Source: Kiritimatiellia bacterium
GTDB lineage: Bacteria > Verrucomicrobiota > Kiritimatiellia > JAAZAB01
Length of the DNA stretch: 64,000 nt
NCBI GenBank assembly: GCA_040767085.1
Contig: JAXGPF010000005.1
Span: 128,001 to 192,000, forward strand
Direction: 5' to 3'
In this document: one piece after another, positions 10,404-17,270 of the stretch
Position numbering within the stretch: the stretch's first letter is position 1
Layout of the letters: the number at the start of each line of letters is the position of its first letter
Notes under the pieces: model-generated
Told to the model about the DNA's origin: nothing
Databases searched by the model: none
The model's input: the letters and a program-made list of their open reading frames with translations, nothing else
Program-made: the position numbers and the translations under genes

Positions 10404-11708
10404 ATGCGAAAAAATACCGCTGTATCCCTGCTGCTGGCCCTCCTGTTTTGCATTGCCGCGCGCGCCCGCGCCGCGGATTACGACTACTACCGGGTTAACC
10501 TGGATTGGGGCGCGCAGGCCGCCCGGCCTTTGACCGGCGATTTCGACGGCGACGGCAAAGCCGACCCGGCCTGCTATGTTGAAAGCACCGGCCTCTGGGC
10601 CGTCTTGATGTCCGGCAGCCACTACGCCGAAATCCGCGCCACACTGGGCGGCCCCGGCGCGCTCCCGGCGCCCGCCGATTACGACGGCGACGGCAAAACC
10701 GACCCGGCGGTTTTCCGCCAGGCCGACGGGCGGCTGACGGTCATGCTGTCCGGCAGCAATTACGCCATGGCCGGCCTGGACTTCCCCGCCGGCAGTTTCT
10801 GCGCGGCCGCGGATTATGACGGCGACGGCAAAGCCGACCCGGCGAGTTACAATCCGGCCGCCGGCCAGTGGCAATTTTTGATGCGCCAGGCGCGGGAAGT
10901 CGCCGACACCAACATTCTCGCCGGCATGTATTCCAACGCCATGGTCAATGCGTCTCAACCCACGGCGGCCAAAATCTGCACGGACTTGACCGCCATCACC
11001 ACCCCGGCGGACCATCCCTGGCAAATCTGGCGCACCAACGAGCTGGGCGGGCTTGAAATCAAGATGGTGTCCTTCATGCGTTATGCCACCGCCACCAATT
11101 ATTACCATCCCGGCCAGATCACCGAGTTGAAATACGCGTTTGCCTGGGTCACCGTGGCGCCGGAACTGAAAAATTTCTGCCGCAACTATACCGGCACAAA
11201 CCTTAACCTGCGCCTGCGCCAACTGATCGGCCTGCCGGCCGTCAGCGCCAACGACACCATTGTGGAATTCTGGGTTGACCCGCAATACCTGCTGCGGCCC
11301 AGCAAGGACCCGGAAATCGTAGATTATTCCGCCCAGTTGGAATTCCACACCAACACGCTCTTCTTAACCATGCAGACCGACACCAACTACGTCGGCTGGT
11401 TCAACCAGAATCTGATTGACGCCAATTACGGCATGACCAACGGCGTCTGGAACTCGCTCCCCTGGACGCAACTGGGCTACACCTACGACTGGGCCGGCAT
11501 GGACGCCGACATTGTGGGGTTGAGCGAATTCATCATCCCCGGCAGCCTGCTCTGGGAACGCTATGGCACAGTGGTGGGGGTGGAAGTTGACTCCGTCACC
11601 CCCGCCGTGGATTATGCCAATACCCCCGACCGCCGCGCGCGCGATCCGCGCGCACCCGACCCGCGATCGCTGCCGCGCCTGGTGGCGCCACCCGGCGACG
11701 GGCGGTGA
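10404..11708 (+). CDS. Secreted FG-GAP/VCBS-repeat protein with uncharacterised C-terminal domain
   Basis: Signal peptide and three D[FY]DGDGKxDPA repeats. The C-terminal domain contains LRLRQLIGLP and PWTQLGYTYDW...GLSEF. Confidence 0.8.
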   Translation: MRKNTAVSLLLALLFCIAARARAADYDYYRVNLDWGAQAARPLTGDFDGDGKADPACYVESTGLWAVLMSGSHYAEIRATLGGPGALPAPADYDGDGKTDPAVFRQADGRLTVMLSGSNYAMAGLDFPAGSFCAAADYDGDGKADPASYNPAAGQWQFLMRQAREVADTNILAGMYSNAMVNASQPTAAKICTDLTAITTPADHPWQIWRTNELGGLEIKMVSFMRYATATNYYHPGQITELKYAFAWVTVAPELKNFCRNYTGTNLNLRLRQLIGLPAVSANDTIVEFWVDPQYLLRPSKDPEIVDYSAQLEFHTNTLFLTMQTDTNYVGWFNQNLIDANYGMTNGVWNSLPWTQLGYTYDWAGMDADIVGLSEFIIPGSLLWERYGTVVGVEVDSVTPAVDYANTPDRRARDPRAPDPRSLPRLVAPPGDGR

Positions 11709-11731
11709 GCGCCAATCCCGCCACGACGCCG

Positions 11732-11875
11732 TTAAGCACCATACCCTCGCCACTGGCCGAGCATAACGCGCCACTCGCTGCCGTCGGTCTTGCGGACCGC
11801 CGGGCCAGCCAAGCCATCGCCGCCGTAATCGCCAGGCACGGTGTTCCAACAGCGCGGCATCCCATTCAATTCCAT
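11732..11875 (-). pseudogene. Degenerate single FG-GAP repeat fragment
   Basis: Manual translation gives ...NTVPGDYGGDGLAGPAVRKTDGSEWRVMLG*, matching the PADYDGDGKTDPAV...LTVMLSG repeats of the adjacent gene with conserved Asp residues changed to Gly. Confidence 0.55.
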
Positions 11876-11902
11876 TACATCTATGCTCTTTTCTGCGCCT
11901 GT

Positions 11903-12081
11903 GCTTGCCCACCGTAGCTTGACGAAGGCGGGGGTCTACTGCACTCCTTCCACTCATCCGGCTCTGTGGTGAAAAATTCCGTATCTTCTTTGCGGACGAA
12001 AATCTGCGTAATCTGCGGATAAAAAAGGTTACGTGGTAAATTATCCGAATCTTCTTTGTGACTTTGCGTCGTTGTGAGAGA
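11903..12081. repeat. Patchwork of short dispersed intergenic repeats
   Basis: 11903-11928 is the reverse complement of a CTTCG..AAGCTA....GGGCAAGC motif also at 42946-42971. 12000-12026 is identical to part of the repeat at 35746-35814. CTCTGTGGTGAA and CTTTGTGACTTTGCGTCGTTGTGAGA motifs are also present. Confidence 0.65.
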
Positions 12082-12122
12082 ATCAAGCGGTTTTTTATAG
12101 GATGCTGCTGAAATGAACAACA

Positions 12123-12196
12123 TGAAACGTATTTGAAACGCAATGAAACGTATTTGAAACGTAAATGAAACGAATATGAAACGTATTTGGAACGAA
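12123..12196 (+). repeat. Tandem array of 7 TGAAACG cores with 10-11 bp period
   Basis: Cores start at 12123, 12134, 12144, 12155, 12166, 12177 and 12188 (the last is TGGAACG). Confidence 0.92.
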
Positions 12197-12475
12197 TGCG
12201 GATCAAGCGCCGGATGTTAGCGTGTCCGGCAGGGCATATTCATGCCGCCTGATTCCGATCAGCCTATAACTTGGTTCCCGGCGGTTTCTGCTGGCGTTGC
12301 GGGACACCGCCTGTTATAGTCAAAACTGCGTGTTTACCACTGATTGTATCGCCGGCCTGCCGCGCGGCAAAGGCGGACGTGCCGCGTCTTGGCCTCGCCA
12401 TGCGAGGTGAAGACGGAAGCAGGTCGAGCAAGAGCAGGACGATAGCTGCTCCAGGTATCGCATAGGACGGACGTA

Positions 12476-12586
12476 ATGCCCCAGATATTCGACAACATCG
12501 AAAAGCAACTCCTGAAAGCCCTTGACGAAGCGCTGGGGCTCTCGGATAGCCGATCTACAAGCCAAGATCACTATGCTTGTGCGTGA
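12476..12586 (+). pseudogene. 5' remnant of a PLD-domain/SNF2-type helicase gene of restriction-modification loci
   Basis: MPQIFDNIEKQLLKALDEALGLSD matches the N-terminus I recognise for this family (MPxIFDNI...ADFCVGYFNLRGW). Similarity ends at ~12548 and the frame stops at 12584-12586. Confidence 0.6.
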
Positions 12587-12776
12587 ACAGAAACAGACCG
12601 GCCGGACAGAGACCCAGAGTTTCAAAACACAGCTCTCCAAGCCCATCATCGACGAGATTGACAAGGTTCTCGCCAAGCACTATGGCTTCACTGACGAGGA
12701 ACTGGATTTCCTCATCAACTACGACATCAAATACCGCATGGGCCGCAACGGCGGGGAGGAGGATGCGGAAGGATGA
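12549..12776 (+). pseudogene. 3' remnant of a type IIG/Eco57I-like adenine methyltransferase (restriction-modification) gene
   Basis: SKPIIDEIDKVLAKHYGFTDEELDFLINYDIKYRMG is the characteristic C-terminus of this family. No catalytic motifs or credible start are present. Confidence 0.75.
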
Positions 12777-13897
12777 AGGCGGAAGCGCATGCCTACGATC
12801 CGGCGCTTCATCACCGGCATTCGATCCGGATGCGCGGACATGATTATGCCGGTGGCGGGATGTATTTTATTACGCTGTGCGTCGCCGCCTACCGCCCGTT
12901 GTTTGGCACAGTAGTGCATGGACGCATGGTTTTAAACGAGGCCGGGCGCAAGGCAGCGGCGTGCTGGCGTGATATTCCGGCGCATTTCCCCGGGGCCACC
13001 CTGGACGAATGGATCGTTATGCCGGATCATGTGCACGGGATTTTGCGGGTGGGCACGACATGTCGTGCTCATCTGATTCCGGCATTCGGCCGCCCGATTT
13101 CCGGCGCTCTGGGGACAATCATCGGCGCCTATAAAGGCGCCGCCACGCGCGCCATTCGAGGCACGGCATGCTGTGCCCCTTACCCGACACGCACGGGTTT
13201 GGCATGCCAAACCCCGCCGATTTGGCAACGCAATTATTACGATATTATCATCCAGGATTCGCGCGCATTGAACAACATCCGCCGCTATATCCGCGACAAT
13301 CCTGCCCATTGGGATGCCCTGCGTTACGGTGCGCCGCGCTTCTTTGCGGGCAATCGGGCGCTGCTGGATTTGCCCCTGACCGCCTTTCTGGCATCCCGCC
13401 GTACGGGTTTGGCATGCCAAACCCCTGCCCAATCCCCTGCGACATGCCATACGGGTTTGGCATGCCAAACCCCTGCCCAATCCCCTGCCGCGGCATGTGG
13501 CCCTGCGACATGGCCCGAACGCCCCGCCTGTGTGATTGGCGGATTTCTCTCCCCCATGGAACGGGCCGTTTTCGATGCCTGCCTTGCCGACTACATACCC
13601 ATGGTGTGGATTCTGGCGCGGGGGTTGGGGCTTGGCATGCCAAGCCCCTGCGGACGGATGCGGCGGGCTCTTGATGCCGGTCGGCTTCTGATCATGACGC
13701 CCTTCGATGACACCGTGCGCGGCTTCAGCGCCGCCCGTGCCGGCTGGTGCAATGAATACGCCCTGCATCTGGCCTCCAGCGCAGTCGTCGGCTATCTTGC
13801 GCCTGATGGTATGCTGGCATGTTTACTGGCGGACTTACGCCGTGACATCTCGATTAGCTATCTTGAAAGTCAACCCGCCAGTGAGGCTCACCCATGA
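12773..13897 (+). CDS. REP-associated tyrosine transposase (RAYT, Y1/HUH) fused to a C-terminal DprA/SLOG-like domain
   Basis: RAYT motifs: RHSIRMRGHDY..GMYFITLC, VMPDHVHGI (HUH) and WQRNYYD..I...RRYIRDNP..W (catalytic Tyr). The C-terminal half (GNRALL, AFLASR, VIGGFLSPME, VWILARG, GRLLIMTPF) aligns by eye with the next gene. ATGA overlap with the methyltransferase remnant stop. Confidence 0.88.
   Translation: MKAEAHAYDPALHHRHSIRMRGHDYAGGGMYFITLCVAAYRPLFGTVVHGRMVLNEAGRKAAACWRDIPAHFPGATLDEWIVMPDHVHGILRVGTTCRAHLIPAFGRPISGALGTIIGAYKGAATRAIRGTACCAPYPTRTGLACQTPPIWQRNYYDIIIQDSRALNNIRRYIRDNPAHWDALRYGAPRFFAGNRALLDLPLTAFLASRRTGLACQTPAQSPATCHTGLACQTPAQSPAAACGPATWPERPACVIGGFLSPMERAVFDACLADYIPMVWILARGLGLGMPSPCGRMRRALDAGRLLIMTPFDDTVRGFSAARAGWCNEYALHLASSAVVGYLAPDGMLACLLADLRRDISISYLESQPASEAHP
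13053..13648. repeat. Six CATG-centred REP-like palindromes inside the RAYT-SLOG coding sequence
   Basis: GCACGACATGTCGTGC (13053-13068); GGCACGGCATGCTGTGCC (13160-13177); GGGTTTGGCATGCCAAACCC x3 (13195-13214, 13405-13424, 13453-13472); GGGGCTTGGCATGCCAAGCCCC (13627-13648). Confidence 0.9.
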
Positions 13898-14025
13898 TCG
13901 AGAACAACCCCGGGAACATGGGAGACCACGGACGCCGGAAAGACTCGACTCAAGGAGAACAAGCGAGAATGCGAGACGCCTCTGGGAAGGGGGAAGCCCC
14001 CATCCAAGCGCAAGAGGGGGAAGTC

Positions 14026-14595
14026 ATGACTTCAATCGAGAAGACGAGACGGCCCAGTATTCAAACACTCGGCGATACCGCCATCCTTGACCGCCGCATG
14101 ATCGCGCTGTTTTGTTCGTCCAAGTGCCCCGGAAAACTGATCCTCGACACCTATGACCTCGCCAAGCAGTTCCGGGAGCAAGGCGTCACTGTCATCAGCG
14201 GCTTCCATTCACCGATGGAAGAGGAATGCTTGCGCATTCTGCTCCGCTCCCCCCATCCGGTCGTCTGGTGTCTTGCCCGTGGTATGTTCAAGCGCATCCC
14301 CTCGAAGCCGGTGGACTGCCGCGCCGCTATCGCCGATGGTCGGCTCCTGATTGTCTCCCCGTTCAAGGAGAATGTCTGCCGCGTCACCGCCAAAACCGCC
14401 ATGGCCCGCAATCGTATCGTCGCTGATCTGGCCGAGGCCGTGGTCATCGCCCACGCCGCCCCCGGCAGCAAGATCGAGGCCCTAACTCTCGAACTCCTCG
14501 TGGAGGAAAAACCGATTTACACTTTCGACCATCCCGCAAATGCGGCCATTCTCGACCGCGGCGCAAGAGACGTTGGCCGTCTTGCGTGGCATTGA
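14026..14595 (+). CDS. Stand-alone DprA/SMF-like SLOG-domain protein
   Basis: ALFCSSKCPG, VISGFHSPMEEE, GRLLIVSPF and AMARNRIVADLAEAVVIAHAAPGSK. A GAGGGGG RBS precedes ATG 14026; an in-frame upstream ATG at 13894 is also possible. Confidence 0.82.
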   Translation: MTSIEKTRRPSIQTLGDTAILDRRMIALFCSSKCPGKLILDTYDLAKQFREQGVTVISGFHSPMEEECLRILLRSPHPVVWCLARGMFKRIPSKPVDCRAAIADGRLLIVSPFKENVCRVTAKTAMARNRIVADLAEAVVIAHAAPGSKIEALTLELLVEEKPIYTFDHPANAAILDRGARDVGRLAWH

Positions 14596-15216
14596 GGCAT
14601 TGGGATTCTTGCGAATTGACAATTGCGGCTGATGCCCGGCCTGATGCTCCTGGTGGAGCGTGGCCAGGTAACTGCTGGTGAAAACCACCCAGACCAGCAG
14701 CAGCGGCAGCAATACCGCGCGGCCGGCCCGCAACCATCCCAGCCGCATCAAGGCCAACGCCAGCCAGATTCCCAGGAATGCCCCGGCGGCAATTTGCAGA
14801 CGCCGGTACACGGACAGTTTGAAATGCCAGGCGCAGACAAACCGATACCAGGGCCATTCGGCGTTTTCCCGGCCATCCCGCCGCGCCAGGGCGATTGACA
14901 GGTTGCGTGCGATATCCGGCTGCCCGCCCAGGTAACTTTCAGCGCGCTGGAGGGCGGCCGCGGCCGCCGCATATTCGCCGGCCTGCAGCCACGCCGTCCC
15001 CAGGTTGTAAAACAGTGGGCCATTGCGCACACCGGCATCCGCCAGTTGCTGATAGGTCAGGGCGGCGCGCTGCCAGTCATTCGAAGTGGCGGCCGCCGCG
15101 GCCTGGGCATTGGCCTGCTGCCAGATGAATTCCAGCTCCGGCAAAGCCGCGCGCGCCGCGCCGGCGGCCAGGAGCAACAGCAGCAGGCCGATTTTACGAT
15201 ATTGCCATGTTTTCAT
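14482..15216 (-). CDS. BatE-like TPR membrane protein
   Basis: Signal peptide, TPR (LFYNLGTAWLQAGEY...DIARNL) and two TM segments. Last gene of the bat operon; its 3' end overlaps the convergent SLOG gene. Confidence 0.75.
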   Translation of the reverse strand: MKTWQYRKIGLLLLLLAAGAARAALPELEFIWQQANAQAAAAATSNDWQRAALTYQQLADAGVRNGPLFYNLGTAWLQAGEYAAAAAALQRAESYLGGQPDIARNLSIALARRDGRENAEWPWYRFVCAWHFKLSVYRRLQIAAGAFLGIWLALALMRLGWLRAGRAVLLPLLLVWVVFTSSYLATLHQEHQAGHQPQLSIRKNPNASMPRKTANVSCAAVENGRICGMVESVNRFFLHEEFES

Positions 15217-15323
15217 AAATTCTCCACGGCGGGCTTTGGCGGGCATAGCCAAACAGCCGCTGAACCGCGTCGAAAACTTGCCAAGCTTCGCTTGATGCAG
15301 ATTGACACGACACAAATCCATAA

Positions 15324-17270
15324 TCAGCTTACCCGTCCGGCTAAAATCCGCTCCAATTCGCGGCAATCCCGGCGTAAATCAGCATCCGCGATCCCGCCGG
15401 ACGCGGCGGCTGCGCCGCCGTATGCCGCGTCAAAATGGCGCTGATAGATGGAGGCCAGCATCTTGACGTCAGGCGCCGGCAACTTGATCCGCGGCAGCAT
15501 TTCCCCTAATTCTTTCGGCGTCAAAGCGGCGGTGTTGACCTCAAAACGCGCGGCCAGCACGGCGCGGATCATGTCGCAAATCGCGCCGGGCTCCCCAGCC
15601 GCGGCGCCGCTGCGTTGCAGGCGGCGCAGGCGCCGGCGGGCCGCCGTCAATACCCGGCGCCGCCGGCGGACGGATGCTGTCCGCCGGCGCCAGGCAAAAT
15701 ATTGCTGCACGGCCAACACCAAAATGTAACCAGCCGGCCCCGCCAGGACAACGATCCAGAGCCGCGGCCGGCCGAACAAATTTACCGACCCGGCGCCGGA
15801 CGCCGTCAGCCAGGGCGGCGCCGGTGTCAGTTCCGTATCCGGCACTTCCGGTTGGATCCCATTCACCGCCGTTGTAGCGCTGATGATCTGCTCCGCGGTC
15901 ACTTCCGCGCCCGGCCGCACATCCAGCGGCACCGGCGCGGTCCGGCGTACCGCGTACGCGCGGGCGGCGGTGTCATAGTAAGCCAATTCCAGGGGGGGCA
16001 CTTCCAACATGCCGGCGCGGCGGGGGCGGATGGTGTACACGAAGCGGCGCTGTGTTGGCGAATCGGCAAAAGTCTGGACGGTCTGGTCGTAAACCGAAAA
16101 ATTTTCCAGAAGATTGGTCTGCGTTTCCAGCCTGGGCGGCAGCATGCGGTCAAACCGCAAATGCCCGGTGACCGTCAAGGTCAGCCGCACCGGATCGCCG
16201 GCATTGCAGGTCAGGCAATCCAGGGATGCCGCGGCTTGCAGGTTCGTGCCCAGGGTCCCGGTGAAGGAAGCCGGCCGGCCGGCTTCCGGTGGCGGCACCA
16301 CCCGCACCGTAACCGCGCGGCCTACCGCGAAAATATCGCGCCCTGAGGCATTCCCGGCATCATCCACAGACACGGGAATGCTGCCTTTGAAAGTCGCCGG
16401 CCCGAACACATAATCGCCCTCCTCCTCGGGGGTATATTGCAATTCCAACTGGTACTCGAAATACGGCTGACCGTCCACCTCCACCATGCGCCGGGGCAGA
16501 ACGAAGCGGGCCCGGCGCGGCTGGCCGAAGGCTTCGAAAAATCCGCGGAAACTGAAAGGATCGTCCGCCAGGGTATATTCATTGATGTTTACGCCGGGCT
16601 GGTTGTCATGCCGGGCCAGGAGCCGCCGCAGCACATCCTGCATGGATGGCCCGCGCAAGCCGGCAATGGGATTATTATCCAGGAAGGGGGCCTGCAGCCG
16701 CGGGGGATTATCCGGAAACAGCGGGTCAACTTCGGCGAAACGGCCGGTGAGCGCGCGGATGCGCAGGCGCAGCCGCACCGTAAACGGCTCATCCGCCAGC
16801 ACCGTCTCGCGCGAAGCTTCCACGGCGAGCTGCACCTCGTCCTGCGGGGTGATATCCGTCACCGTCACTTCCGGGCCCGCCGCTTCCAGGCGCCGGCCGT
16901 CCGCCTCCAGCGCCACCGGCCCGGCCCGGAACACTCCCGCGCGGCGCGGGGTGACTTCGTAACTGACCACCCGGCCGGAAAAGCCCTCGCGCACCATGCG
17001 GCCGTTGATAATAGTAAAGGAGAAATTGCTGTACTCGCGGCTGTCCAGCAGCCGCACTGCGGCATCGGCAATGCCGGAGACATCCGGCTCCACCGGCTGG
17101 TCGGCGCCGGAAATTTTCACCTGCAGGATGAAAGACTCCCCGATGTAAATCCGCTGGCGGTTGGCCGTCGCTTCCAGGGCGACTTCCGCCCGGACCGCGG
17201 CGGCGCCCAGCAGCGCCGCCAACATGCCCACCGTCAATTTCCGGATGATATGCATGCGGCATTTCACCAA
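15324..17270 (-). CDS. batD: BatD-family protein
   Basis: Signal peptide, repeated Ig-like BatD domains (IGESFILQVKI; GRPASFTGTLG; YYDTAARAY) and a C-terminal TM; operon context. Start 17270 or 17255. Confidence 0.85.
   Translation of the reverse strand: MVKCRMHIIRKLTVGMLAALLGAAAVRAEVALEATANRQRIYIGESFILQVKISGADQPVEPDVSGIADAAVRLLDSREYSNFSFTIINGRMVREGFSGRVVSYEVTPRRAGVFRAGPVALEADGRRLEAAGPEVTVTDITPQDEVQLAVEASRETVLADEPFTVRLRLRIRALTGRFAEVDPLFPDNPPRLQAPFLDNNPIAGLRGPSMQDVLRRLLARHDNQPGVNINEYTLADDPFSFRGFFEAFGQPRRARFVLPRRMVEVDGQPYFEYQLELQYTPEEEGDYVFGPATFKGSIPVSVDDAGNASGRDIFAVGRAVTVRVVPPPEAGRPASFTGTLGTNLQAAASLDCLTCNAGDPVRLTLTVTGHLRFDRMLPPRLETQTNLLENFSVYDQTVQTFADSPTQRRFVYTIRPRRAGMLEVPPLELAYYDTAARAYAVRRTAPVPLDVRPGAEVTAEQIISATTAVNGIQPEVPDTELTPAPPWLTASGAGSVNLFGRPRLWIVVLAGPAGYILVLAVQQYFAWRRRTASVRRRRRVLTAARRRLRRLQRSGAAAGEPGAICDMIRAVLAARFEVNTAALTPKELGEMLPRIKLPAPDVKMLASIYQRHFDAAYGGAAAASGGIADADLRRDCRELERILAGRVS

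Noticed and set aside
12123-12196. CRISPR array (units resemble the ...TTGAAAC end of CRISPR repeats)
   Set aside because: The period is only 10-11 bp, with no spacers and no cas genes.
11364-12206. 280-aa minus-strand ORF with repeated FKYVS
   Set aside because: A chance read-through of non-coding repeats and the antisense of the FG-GAP gene.
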